In this document: positions 26,363-34,858 of the stretch, in pieces
Layout of the letters: each line of letters starts with the position of its first letter
Position numbering within the stretch: position 1 is the stretch's first letter
DNA from: an uncultured Gemmatimonadales bacterium
Lineage (GTDB): Bacteria > Gemmatimonadota > Gemmatimonadetes > Gemmatimonadales > Gemmatimonadaceae
Assembly: GCA_964556695.1 (NCBI GenBank)
Contig: CAZKXZ010000023.1
Span: forward strand, 1,174 to 65,173
DNA: 64,000 nt
Direction of reading: 5' to 3'
Position numbers and translations under genes: made by a program
The notes under the pieces: generated by a model
The model's input: only the letters and a program-made list of their open reading frames with translations
Databases searched by the model: none
What the model was told of the DNA's origin: nothing

Positions 26363-27751
26363 CTACAGCGGACTCCTCACCGCAGTTGGCGAGAGCCTCG
26401 CGACCTGCGTTCCTTCGCCGAGCTGGCCACTTGTGTTCCCTCCCCAACAGTAGGTGAGGCCAGCTGCGGTCAGGCCGCAGGTGTGTCCGTTCCCAGCGAT
26501 AATCTTCGCGAACACTATCGATCCGTTCACAGGTACCGGCGTCGCGCGGGAGGCCGTTGAGCCGTCGCCGACCTGACCAGCGTTGTTAACTCCCCAGCAA
26601 TAGCCCGCGCCAGCCAGATTCGTTCCGCACATAAACATGTTTCCTGGTGCCATGCTGCTGAACGTGAGACTCGGAACGATAGTCGGCAGCGTGGTAACTG
26701 TCGAACTGCTGACGAAGCCCCAGCACTGCGCCGCGTCCGCGAGTGTGATTCCACATGAACTCGCCCAGGATGCGAAAAGACTCTTGAATGTGGGATTCCC
26801 GGCCACGGCCGTTGGCACTGAGCGATTGTTGGCGGTCCCTTCGCCGATTTCGTCGTTGTCTCCCCAACAGTGTGCCTTCTGCGCCGACAGTCCACATGTG
26901 AAAGCATTTCCCGCAGAGAGTGATGTGAAAGTCAGTCCGCCCTGTACCGCAACCGGCACATTTTTGTCAGTGGTGCTGTTGTCACCCAACTGTCCCGCAA
27001 AATTGCGCCCCCAGCAGTGCGCTGCGCCAGCAGCGGTAAGCGCGCATGTGTGACCGGAACCGGCGTCACCTCCCGCGCTAATGCTGGTGAAAACGAGAGC
27101 GGTGCTCACGGGCGTTGGTGATCCGCGGTCGCTGTTGGTCCCATCGCCCAATTGACCGTGGGTGTTCGACCCCCAGCAGTACGCAACGCCGGCGACGGTT
27201 TGAGCACACGTGTGATTCATGCCCGACGAGATCGAAGAAAAAGTCAGATTGCCGCTTACTGGCTGCGCTATGAAAAAGACGCCACCGATTGCACCGACAC
27301 CGACGGCGCCAAGATTATTCGCGCCCCAGCACCACGCTTTGCCGGCGGCATCGAGCGCACAGGTGTGACTGCCACCAGGCGCAATCACTGAAAACGTCGC
27401 TTGTGTGATCCCGGTTGTCACGGACACCGTCGCGTTGCGCGACTTACCTTCGCTCGTGGCGGTGATGGTTACCGTGCCCGCCGCATTAGCCGTAACGACG
27501 CCGTTGTTGACACTCGCGACACTGTTGTTGGTGGAGGTCCAAATGATAGTCCGGCCGGTGAGTATGGTGCCGCTCGCAGCCGATGGTATCGCGGTCAGCG
27601 TTCCGGTTGAGCCCACGGTCAGGGTGAGACTGGCGGGCGAAACGGCAAGTGACTCAACCGGTATGCCGCCACCCGGTCCGGTTGAGTCGCCCGAGCACGC
27701 GGTTATGAGCGTGGCGGCTGCGATGGTTGCTGCGCGATTGAACCAAATCAT
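26363..27751 (-). CDS. Lipoprotein with Big_2 Ig-like domain and RCC1-type beta-propeller repeats
   Basis: Start at ATG 27751 (MIWFNRAATIAAATLITACSG). LAVSPASLTLTVGSTGTLTA...VTITATSEGKS is Big_2-like. Repeated HTCA..G..YCWG.N..GQLGDG units are RCC1-like. Confidence 0.8.
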   Translation of the reverse strand: MIWFNRAATIAAATLITACSGDSTGPGGGIPVESLAVSPASLTLTVGSTGTLTAIPSAASGTILTGRTIIWTSTNNSVASVNNGVVTANAAGTVTITATSEGKSRNATVSVTTGITQATFSVIAPGGSHTCALDAAGKAWCWGANNLGAVGVGAIGGVFFIAQPVSGNLTFSSISSGMNHTCAQTVAGVAYCWGSNTHGQLGDGTNSDRGSPTPVSTALVFTSISAGGDAGSGHTCALTAAGAAHCWGRNFAGQLGDNSTTDKNVPVAVQGGLTFTSLSAGNAFTCGLSAQKAHCWGDNDEIGEGTANNRSVPTAVAGNPTFKSLFASWASSCGITLADAAQCWGFVSSSTVTTLPTIVPSLTFSSMAPGNMFMCGTNLAGAGYCWGVNNAGQVGDGSTASRATPVPVNGSIVFAKIIAGNGHTCGLTAAGLTYCWGGNTSGQLGEGTQVARLSPTAVRSPL

Positions 27752-27873
27752 ATTTTCAAGATCTCGTTGAGTTAGGTGCTGCATAATATGAACAAACTGC
27801 CCCGGAGGTGCGCGTGGGGAACGGCGATTGGGGGAGTGCGGCTGGGGGAGTGCGCCTGGGCACTGCGTGCAAA

Positions 27874-29403
27874 TCACCAGTCGGTCGGACGGTAGTCTTT
27901 GAGGAATTTGCCCCAAATGTGTTCTCCGGTGTTGATGCCACTGATTATCGGGTCGACAATTCTTGCTGCGCCATCCACGATGTCGAGTGGTGGATGAAAG
28001 CGATGCTCGGAAGTCTTGCGTGCCGCGATTTGCTCGGGGTCCTCATCGGTGATCCAGCCAGTGTCGACGCTATTCATGTGAATGCCGCTGGCAAAATAGT
28101 CGGCTGCCGATGTACGCGTCATCATGTTGAGAGCTGCCTTGGCCATGTTGGTGTGCGGATGGCGTGTCGTTTTGAAGTTGCGATAAAACTGTCCTTCTAC
28201 GGCGGAGACGTTAACGATGTGTTTGTCCTGCTCCGGTGTTCGCAACATCAACGCTTTGAGGCGCGCATTGATGATGAAGGGCGCGATTGCATTCACGAGG
28301 TGAACCTCGAGCAGCTCCACCGACTGAACGTCGGCGAGCAGCAAACGCCAGGAGTTGTGTCCGCGCAGGTCAACCTGCTGCAGATCCTGGTCGAAACGTC
28401 CGCTCGGAAAGAGGCTCATTCCCGCGTCGACCTCCGACAGTGAAGTGGATGGTGAGGGGGAGAGCGACAATCGCAGCGAGTTGGCAGCTATTCCTTGATT
28501 GAGTAGCCTGTCACCCGAACTGTGTTCTTCGTGGGCTTGCAGAAGGCGACGGACCTCTTCGGGCATCGCGCTCAGCGCCGCGGTCTCGCCGGCGCGCATG
28601 TGCTCGTAGAATTCCCGCGGACGCCGCACTGTCTGACAGGCGTTGTTGATTATGAAGTCCAGCCGTTGCCTGGTATTGAGCATTTCGGCGCAGAACAATT
28701 CGACGTCGGGCGTATTTCTCAGATCGAGCCCGAAGATCTCGAGCCGGTGGCTCCAGTCCGCAAAATCGGGCTCGCGTGAGTAGCGAGTGGCCGAGTCTCG
28801 GGGGAAACGCGTTGTAACTATCAGGTGCGCGCCGGCGCGCAGCAGCTTGATTCCTGCCTGGTACCCGATTTTTACGCGGCCACCTGTGAGAAGAGCCACA
28901 CGTCCGCTGAGGTCCGCCAGCTCTGTGCGCTTGTCAAAATTGAACGCGGCGCAGCTGGGGCACAGTTGATCGTAGAAATGGTGGATTGTCGAGTAGTGCT
29001 GCTTGCATGTGTAGCAGTGATGCGGCTCGTTGATTTCCCGGACTTCGGTCTCGCGCGCTTGTAACTCGTCGGGGGGCGGCGGCAGAATGTTGGGAGAGGT
29101 GAAGACGGGCTTGCGACGCAGTCTGCGGATGCCGGTTTCATGCAGCACGCTTTCTTCGCGCTGAACTTTCTCTTCTCGTCTTCTGCGCTTGCTGGCTTTG
29201 AGAACGAGGCGCCTGTCGTTGATATCGGGGCGAGAGATCCGGCCGGCAGCCTGCAGCAGGCGATTGCGATCTTTCTCGGCGATGTCGAGGATGATGGCGC
29301 GGTTGGCGACGATTTCTTCGAGGAGCTCGGCCGCGGCAATGAACCGTTCGGCCAGGGTGTCGCGCTGCGGGGGGCAGTGATGATTCGAGGAGGCTGAGGG
29401 CAT
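27874..29403 (-). CDS. SDR family oxidoreductase with roughly 165-aa N-terminal extension (basic region plus CxxC-x14-CxxC)
   Basis: [30 protein letters not shown] (Rossmann TGxxxxxG) and NNA motif. N-terminal CYTC..CPSC pair. Confidence 0.8.
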   Translation of the reverse strand: MPSASSNHHCPPQRDTLAERFIAAAELLEEIVANRAIILDIAEKDRNRLLQAAGRISRPDINDRRLVLKASKRRRREEKVQREESVLHETGIRRLRRKPVFTSPNILPPPPDELQARETEVREINEPHHCYTCKQHYSTIHHFYDQLCPSCAAFNFDKRTELADLSGRVALLTGGRVKIGYQAGIKLLRAGAHLIVTTRFPRDSATRYSREPDFADWSHRLEIFGLDLRNTPDVELFCAEMLNTRQRLDFIINNACQTVRRPREFYEHMRAGETAALSAMPEEVRRLLQAHEEHSSGDRLLNQGIAANSLRLSLSPSPSTSLSEVDAGMSLFPSGRFDQDLQQVDLRGHNSWRLLLADVQSVELLEVHLVNAIAPFIINARLKALMLRTPEQDKHIVNVSAVEGQFYRNFKTTRHPHTNMAKAALNMMTRTSAADYFASGIHMNSVDTGWITDEDPEQIAARKTSEHRFHPPLDIVDGAARIVDPIISGINTGEHIWGKFLKDYRPTDW

Positions 29404-29472
29404 GGGAACAATTTACCAGTTTGGGGGACGGGTGAAGGCGTCCACCTTACGCTCCAGTCTACATTAGTGTGA

Positions 29473-30354
29473 ATGCCCGTCAACATAAAACTGATCGCCG
29501 CATTCGCGGCTATCTACTTCTGCTGGGGCGCCACCTTCCTCGCGCTTCGATGGACAGTCGCGGAAGTACCGCCGTTGCTCGCCATCGCGCTGCGCTGTGC
29601 ATTGGGAGCGGCACTCATTTTCGCCGGTGTCGCTGCATCGCGCCAATCGCTGCGCGCTTCCCGGGCAGAATGGATCACAGCCGTGCAAGCGGGACTGCTT
29701 CTCTTCGTCGGCTCACACGGCCTTCTTGCGTGGGCTTCGCAGCGAGTGGCATCCGGCGAACTTTCGCTATTCATGACAGCAATTCCGATGTGGCTCGTGG
29801 TATTCGACAGCGCCCGTCGGCGATCAATGCCATCGCGCCGTGTAGTTGCAGGACTGCTGGTCGGCGTTGTCGGTGTTGCAGTTCTGTCGCTTGGCGGAGG
29901 CGAGTGGTCGGGGCGACCCATCGAGCGCATCGCACTTCTGATCAGTGGTGCGAGCTGGGCGCTCGGTTCTCTTGTGGGCCGAGATGGTGCAAGGCCGCAA
30001 TCGGCATTTCTGTCGACCGCCATGCAATTGATGGTCGGCGCCATCGCGACGCTGTTCATCAGTTTCATGCTGGGCGAACAGGCATCGTGGAATCCTGCTG
30101 CGATGACGATGCGCGGCATGGGCGGGTTGGCATTCATGGTGATCGGCGGTACGATCCTCGGCTTCGGCGCATATACATGGTTGCTGAGAGTGGCGACACC
30201 CGCGGCAATCGGCACCTATGCGTTTGTGAATCCAGTGGTGGCACTTACGCTGGCGGCGCTGGTAGGTGACGGAAAGTTCACGCCGCGACTTATGATGGCC
30301 GCGGCGTTGGTACTGTGCGCAGTCGCTCTCGTTAGAGAACCCCCGACTCGATAG
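29473..30354 (+). CDS. EamA/DMT family transporter
   Basis: About ten hydrophobic segments. IYFCWGATFLALRW is typical of an EamA start. Two-fold internal repeat architecture. Confidence 0.85.
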   Translation: MPVNIKLIAAFAAIYFCWGATFLALRWTVAEVPPLLAIALRCALGAALIFAGVAASRQSLRASRAEWITAVQAGLLLFVGSHGLLAWASQRVASGELSLFMTAIPMWLVVFDSARRRSMPSRRVVAGLLVGVVGVAVLSLGGGEWSGRPIERIALLISGASWALGSLVGRDGARPQSAFLSTAMQLMVGAIATLFISFMLGEQASWNPAAMTMRGMGGLAFMVIGGTILGFGAYTWLLRVATPAAIGTYAFVNPVVALTLAALVGDGKFTPRLMMAAALVLCAVALVREPPTR

Positions 30355-30371
30355 CAGCAACCAGCCTTCCC

Positions 30372-30418
30372 TTGACACAGATTCCCAATATGGGTAGATT
30401 TATTCCCAATATGGGAAT
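30372..30418 (+). promoter_or_regulatory. Putative sigma70-type promoter with two 14-bp direct operator-like repeats upstream of, and overlapping, the MNT gene start
   Basis: TTGACA (30372..30377), 17-nt spacer, TAGATT (30395..30400). ATTCCCAATATGGG occurs at 30381..30394 and 30402..30415, 21 bp apart. The second copy extends to the palindrome ATTCCCA-ATA-TGGGAAT. Confidence 0.5.
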
Positions 30419-31016
30419 AGGCGCGCAGTATTCGAGTGCCCTCGCCGATGCACTCTTCAGTCCTGTTCAGCAGCGTGTAATCGGTCTTCTGTTCGGCCAA
30501 CCGAATCGGCAGTTCCAAAGCGCGGAGCTGATCCGTCTCGCAGCCAGCGGCACCGGTGCCGTGCATCGGTATCTGCAGCAACTGGCTGTTGCCGGCCTGA
30601 TCGTTGCTCTTCGCCAGGGCAACCAGAAGTACTATCAGGCCAACCAGGCCTCCCCGGTTTTCCACGAGTTGCATGGGCTGGTCATGAAAACCGTGGGACT
30701 TGCCGAACCGATTCGGGACGCACTGGGTTCGATCAAGAAAGAATTGCGTGCGGCTTTCGTTTTCGGATCGATTGCTGACGGCACTGAACGCGCCTCGAGC
30801 GACGTCGATCTACTGCTGATCTCCGACAAACTCAGTTACGCAGAGGTGTTCGACGCTGTGCAGCCCGCTGAGAGGGTTCTTGGCCGCTCGATCAATCCTG
30901 TTCTGATGAGCTATGCAGACTGGAGGATCAAGCGAAAGACGCGGCAGTCATTTGCGGCAAGGGTTCACGGCGGACCCAAGGTATTCGTCGTCGGGAGCGA
31001 AAGTGATATTGCCTGA
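30411..31016 (+). CDS. Winged-helix plus minimal nucleotidyltransferase (MNT) protein, antitoxin-like partner of HEPN
   Basis: FSPVQQRVIGLLF...AELIRLA...VHRYLQQLAVAGLI is wHTH-like. FVFGSIADGTERASSDVDLLLISD is the GS..DxD NTase motif. ATG 30411 preferred over TTG 30372, which doubles as the -35 box. This implies a very short leader or leaderless mRNA. Confidence 0.7.
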   Translation: MGIGAQYSSALADALFSPVQQRVIGLLFGQPNRQFQSAELIRLAASGTGAVHRYLQQLAVAGLIVALRQGNQKYYQANQASPVFHELHGLVMKTVGLAEPIRDALGSIKKELRAAFVFGSIADGTERASSDVDLLLISDKLSYAEVFDAVQPAERVLGRSINPVLMSYADWRIKRKTRQSFAARVHGGPKVFVVGSESDIA

Positions 31017-31419
31017 GCTCGAAAACCTCGTGAGCGTCGGATCTCTGAAGCATGGTAAGGCATCAAAGATGGAATTGGAGACGTTGCTGACTTCTGGACG
31101 CGCCCGACTCAAGGATTCCACGAATCAAGACCTGGCAATAGAAAGTCGCTTCGATCTGGCCTACAATGCCGCTCATGCTCTGGCTCTCGCCGCTCTCCGC
31201 TATCACGGCTACAGATCGGAAAACCGCTATGTGGTATTCCAGGCGTTGCAACATACGGTTGCGATTCCACCGAGCAGCTGGCGGGTGCTTGCCAAGGCGC
31301 ATGGTGATCGGAACTTGATGGAATACGAAGGGGGCGGCGCGGTGGATGAGCGCCTCGTCAATGATCTCATTGCTGCCGCGCAAGTTGTGGAAAGGGCAGT
31401 GCGCAAGTTGATCATGTGA
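31003..31419 (+). CDS. HEPN domain protein (toxin-like partner of MNT)
   Basis: Helical protein. AYNAAHALALAALRYHGY and HGDRNLMEYEG match the R-N-x-x-x-Y HEPN (PF05168-type) motif. GTG 31003 preceded by GGGAG. Overlaps the MNT gene by 14 nt. Confidence 0.6.
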   Translation: MILPELENLVSVGSLKHGKASKMELETLLTSGRARLKDSTNQDLAIESRFDLAYNAAHALALAALRYHGYRSENRYVVFQALQHTVAIPPSSWRVLAKAHGDRNLMEYEGGGAVDERLVNDLIAAAQVVERAVRKLIM

Positions 31420-31429
31420 GCATGACGCA

Positions 31430-32278
31430 ATGATCGTTCACCTGATTGACGGCACCTACGAACTCTATCGCCATTTCTACGGGTTGCGTCGCTTCAACGA
31501 AGGCAAGGACGCACCGTATGGCGCAGTACTGGGTGTTCTCAATACTGTGTTGCGCATGTTCGAGGATGGTGCCACGCATCTTGGGGTTGCAACTGATCAT
31601 GTCATTGAATCATTTCGCAACGATCTCTGGCCCGGATACAAGACAGGTGAAGGAATTGAGCCGGCACTGTGGGCGCAGTTTCATCCGCTCGAGGAAGCGC
31701 TCATTGCGATGGGTGTTGTCACGTGGGCAACGGTGGAGATTGAGGCGGACGATGCGCTGGCCAGCGCGGCTCATATTGCAGCGAGCGATACGCGCGTGGA
31801 GAAGGTTCTCATCTGGACACCGGACAAGGATCTGTCCCAGTGCGTTCGCGATGGCCGTGTGATACAAATGGAGAGGCGCGGCGACAAAACGCGTGATGCG
31901 GCGGCTGTGCGAGCGAAGTTTGGTGTCGAACCTGCGTTGATCCCCGATTACCTCGCGCTGGTCGGCGATAGTGCCGACGGTTATCCAGGTATTCCGGGTA
32001 TCGGTGCCGTCGGTGCGGCGCGGCTCATCAAGAAGTACGGAGTCATCGAGGACTTTCCTTCAGACGTGCTGGGAGGAAACCGCGAGCATGCGTTGTTGTT
32101 CAAAAAACTCGCGACACTCCGTATAGATGCGCCGCTGTTCAAGGATGTCGACGAGTTGCGCTGGCGGGGCCCTACGGTGGCGTTCGTGGCGACTGCCGCG
32201 AAGCTGGGAGATGAGCGGATCGTGACGCGATGTCACAAGGTAGCCGAGCGACTTGCGGGCTCAGCGTCCGACCCGTAG
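31430..32278 (+). CDS. Stand-alone 5'-3' exonuclease / flap endonuclease (Pol I N-terminal-domain family, Xni-like)
   Basis: IVHLIDGTYELYRHFY, ATDH, YKTGE, EADDALAS, TPDKDL and IPDYLALVGDSADGYPGIPGIGAVGAARLIKKYG (H3TH). Confidence 0.9.
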   Translation: MIVHLIDGTYELYRHFYGLRRFNEGKDAPYGAVLGVLNTVLRMFEDGATHLGVATDHVIESFRNDLWPGYKTGEGIEPALWAQFHPLEEALIAMGVVTWATVEIEADDALASAAHIAASDTRVEKVLIWTPDKDLSQCVRDGRVIQMERRGDKTRDAAAVRAKFGVEPALIPDYLALVGDSADGYPGIPGIGAVGAARLIKKYGVIEDFPSDVLGGNREHALLFKKLATLRIDAPLFKDVDELRWRGPTVAFVATAAKLGDERIVTRCHKVAERLAGSASDP

Positions 32279-32287
32279 CGTAGGCAG

Positions 32288-32719
32288 ATGCGCGCCAGCG
32301 AAATCATGGCTCCGCCCTGGACAGCAATGCGATTCCTGATCAGTCAGGCAGTAATAGGCGCCATCGCGCTTGTGTGGACCGTTTGGCTGCGTGCGGTTGA
32401 TTCATGGTGGCGTTCCCTGGAGCCATCGGTCCCATTCGGTCGCGCTGTGGCCGGTGCGTGGTTGCTATTGAACGTGGCTATTCTGCTTAGGCTTCTGTTT
32501 TTGAGATTGCCGCGCCTGAATGGTTGGAGCGAGCACGCATCGTTCGCAGTGCCTTCTGCTTTCATCCTTTCGTTCTACGATAGGGTCATTCGTGCGAGAA
32601 CCGATCAGCGGGACCTAGCCGAAGACGTCGCGAAGTTCGTCGTCGAGGCGATAGTGCTTACCGTCTTCCTCTGGTGGCTCCGCCGCGCCGAAGCTAAGAA
32701 AGTCGTCCGCGGCGCGTAG
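32288..32719 (+). CDS. Hypothetical membrane protein
   Basis: Three to four hydrophobic segments. Starts 9 nt after the exonuclease stop. No family recognised. Confidence 0.5.
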   Translation: MRASEIMAPPWTAMRFLISQAVIGAIALVWTVWLRAVDSWWRSLEPSVPFGRAVAGAWLLLNVAILLRLLFLRLPRLNGWSEHASFAVPSAFILSFYDRVIRARTDQRDLAEDVAKFVVEAIVLTVFLWWLRRAEAKKVVRGA

Positions 32720-32734
32720 CCAAGTCGCTAACTA

Positions 32735-32971
32735 TCAACGAGCAGTGCGAGGGCGAGGCACCCTCTTCGCGCCACCGCGATCTCGACGCATATTGCCTAG
32801 CTCACCCTCCCACAAACCTGAACCTCCCAAATCCAGGATGCGGCCGGCACGGGCGCGCCGAACAAGTTCGCCCAGTGCGAGCTGTACGGTACCAGAATAG
32901 GTGCGCTGTCCACTGAGCTTCAGTGCTTCCTCAAGCAGCTGTTCATCGAGCACAAGACTCTTGCGTTTCAT
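32735..32971 (-). CDS. Type II antitoxin, VapB/DUF2191-like (no adjacent toxin)
   Basis: MKRKSLVLDEQLLEEALKLSGQRTYSGTVQLALGELVRRA is a typical DUF2191/VapB N-terminus. The longer ORF to 33055 runs into a REP unit and is rejected. Confidence 0.65.
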   Translation of the reverse strand: MKRKSLVLDEQLLEEALKLSGQRTYSGTVQLALGELVRRARAGRILDLGGSGLWEGELGNMRRDRGGAKRVPRPRTAR

Positions 32972-33016
32972 GTGTATATAGTGTGCCCGAACGCCCTCAA
33001 GCCACGCAAGTCTTTC

Positions 33017-33081
33017 GTCATTCCCGCGAAGGCGGGAATCCAGAGAGGACGACACGTGATTCCCGCTTGCGCGGGAATGAC
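33017..33081. repeat. REP-like units, locus D (two inverted units)
   Basis: GTCATTCCCGCGAAGGCGGGAATCCAG, then a 12-nt spacer, then GTGATTCCCGCTTGCGCGGGAATGAC in the opposite orientation. Confidence 0.85.
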
Positions 33082-33112
33082 TGACCCGGTGCGGGAGTGC
33101 TGAGGGCGGTAC

Positions 33113-34288
33113 TCAAACTGGTCCTCCAAGACCGGAAACAACACTTTCCAGAGCGGCTGCGGGCGGACTTCCCTGCGCAACACGTGTCGAACCTCCTCCG
33201 CGCCCACCTGCTGGCGTCATCGCTGACTTGAGCACCTTCCCAGCATCAATCCCGGTGTCTTCGGAAGTCGCGAATAACACCTGCGGCGGATTCTGTATGA
33301 CACCAACAAAGGCGGCGCGTGGGAGAGACGCGATTGCATGTGCAAGTGCGCGCAGGTCATCGAGCGAACCAGTGGGAAGTCGCTCGACAATCCAGCGCAT
33401 TCCCTCAGCGTCAGGTTGTGTCTTCTGATACTTCTCGCGGGCGCGAAATACCGCCAGTTCCTCTGACAGTTTCTTGCGCGTGCGCTCTGCCTCGCGCAAA
33501 TCCGCGAGCAGCGTCGCGGCGCGCTCGGGTAGTTCTTCGGGTGCGACGCCGATTGCGAGTGCGGCCCGAGCGAGCAACTCGTAGTCCGCGCGCGCGCTGC
33601 GCAACGCCCTGTTACCACAAAGAAATTCGATGCGCGCATTACCATGCATGCGCTCCTGCTTCCTGATGAGTATCGGACCGATCTCGCCTGTCGCACTAAC
33701 GTGAGTGCCGCCGCAGGCGCTGCGATCCACCTCATCTATGGTAACGACGCGTAGTTCGCCGTCGAAGGGCGGAGGTTTGCGCAAGCCGAGTGCCGTGCCT
33801 GCATTCTCGAAGGAGATCGTCACAGCGCGACCAGTTGAGACGATTGCATTCGCGCCTGCTTCGGCCTCCAACATCTGATTGCGAGAAAGCTCGGGAGTTT
33901 CGAGGTCGATGGAGGACGATTCGGCACCGAAGTGAACGGAGGCCGTGCGATAGCCGAAGCTGTCTTCGAAAACGGCGGACAATACATGTTGTCCCGTGTG
34001 TTGCTGCATGTGATCGAAGCGGCGTGTCCAGTCCACACGTCCGAACACATCATCGTCTGGAATGGCGCGCGACAACACGTGAGTCACGTTAACGCCTTCG
34101 TCGACTACGTCCACTACAGGTGTGTCGTTAAGCAGGCCCACGTCGAATTGCTGACCGCCGGAGGTGGGATAGAAGGCCGTGCGGTCGAGGGACACACGGA
34201 GACCATCGGCCGATCGAGATATGACGCGTGCATGGAATTCCGTGGCATACGCGTCGTGGTAATAGAGGCGCTCAGTCATGGTATTCAC
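33113..34288 (-). CDS. alaX: Alanyl-tRNA editing protein (AlaX-L type, with C-terminal DHHA1-like domain)
   Basis: HTGQHVLS (HxxxH) and CGGTHV zinc/editing-site motifs of the Ala/Thr-tRNA synthetase second additional domain. 391 aa. Confidence 0.85.
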   Translation of the reverse strand: MNTMTERLYYHDAYATEFHARVISRSADGLRVSLDRTAFYPTSGGQQFDVGLLNDTPVVDVVDEGVNVTHVLSRAIPDDDVFGRVDWTRRFDHMQQHTGQHVLSAVFEDSFGYRTASVHFGAESSSIDLETPELSRNQMLEAEAGANAIVSTGRAVTISFENAGTALGLRKPPPFDGELRVVTIDEVDRSACGGTHVSATGEIGPILIRKQERMHGNARIEFLCGNRALRSARADYELLARAALAIGVAPEELPERAATLLADLREAERTRKKLSEELAVFRAREKYQKTQPDAEGMRWIVERLPTGSLDDLRALAHAIASLPRAAFVGVIQNPPQVLFATSEDTGIDAGKVLKSAMTPAGGRGGGSTRVAQGSPPAAALESVVSGLGGPV

Positions 34289-34323
34289 TCACCACGCGCT
34301 CCGGCATTAGCGACGGACGCTGG

Positions 34324-34848
34324 TCATTGCGGCCTGCGCAGAGATGTCCGCAAACATGAGCCGTCAGCGTGGCCCTTTGGCGCGACTGGTCCACCCTGCC
34401 ACTGACTATCCCGGACTGAGAGCACAATCTCGAAAAAATACACCCAAAGGTTCGAGAGGGTGCTTCCGACACAACGGGAATACGCCCCGCGCACAATGGC
34501 CGTCTGCCCCAGTAGTTCGACGGTGGCGATGCGTACCGTCATCAGAAACCTCGATGCGCTGTCGGAGTGCAGGTCGGGCGCCTGGGAACGCATCTGCGCT
34601 CGCAGGAGCTTGCGCCAGGGCGCGGAAGTATCGGCTACGACTCGGACGCTGCCGACGAGGGGTCCGTTCTCTATCAACACCCGTCCGCTGTATTGGGTAT
34701 TCGCTCGCAATGCGGGGATTATCGACCGCACAATTGCGGCGGCGATTGCCTGAGAATCTGGCGCAACACTCTGCGCTACGCTCATTGATGGATGCACCAG
34801 CATCAGTGCACTCACGGCGAGAATCAGTTGAAGAACACGTCTTTGCAT
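34324..34848 (-). CDS. Secreted hypothetical protein
   Basis: ATG 34848 (MQRRVLQLILAVSALMLVHPSMSVAQ signal peptide), 10 nt downstream of the P3 propeller stop. No family recognised. Confidence 0.5.
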   Translation of the reverse strand: MQRRVLQLILAVSALMLVHPSMSVAQSVAPDSQAIAAAIVRSIIPALRANTQYSGRVLIENGPLVGSVRVVADTSAPWRKLLRAQMRSQAPDLHSDSASRFLMTVRIATVELLGQTAIVRGAYSRCVGSTLSNLWVYFFEIVLSVRDSQWQGGPVAPKGHADGSCLRTSLRRPQ

Positions 34849-34858
34849 GATGATCCGT

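Noticed and set aside
30372-30410. TTG 30372 as the start of the MNT gene (MTQIPNMGRFIPNMG...).
   Set aside because: This TTG is the first base of a consensus TTGACA box. The extra 13 aa would simply be the translation of the two operator-like repeats. ATG 30411 is preferred, but this is unverified.
32972-33055. N-terminal extension of the VapB ORF (MSSSLDSRLRGNDERLAWLEG...), and similar ORFs at 32968..33207, 52691..52927 and 52736..52933.
   Set aside because: These are translations of REP-like units (RLRGNDE, IPAFAGMT and SRESGNP-type peptides), not genuine coding sequence.
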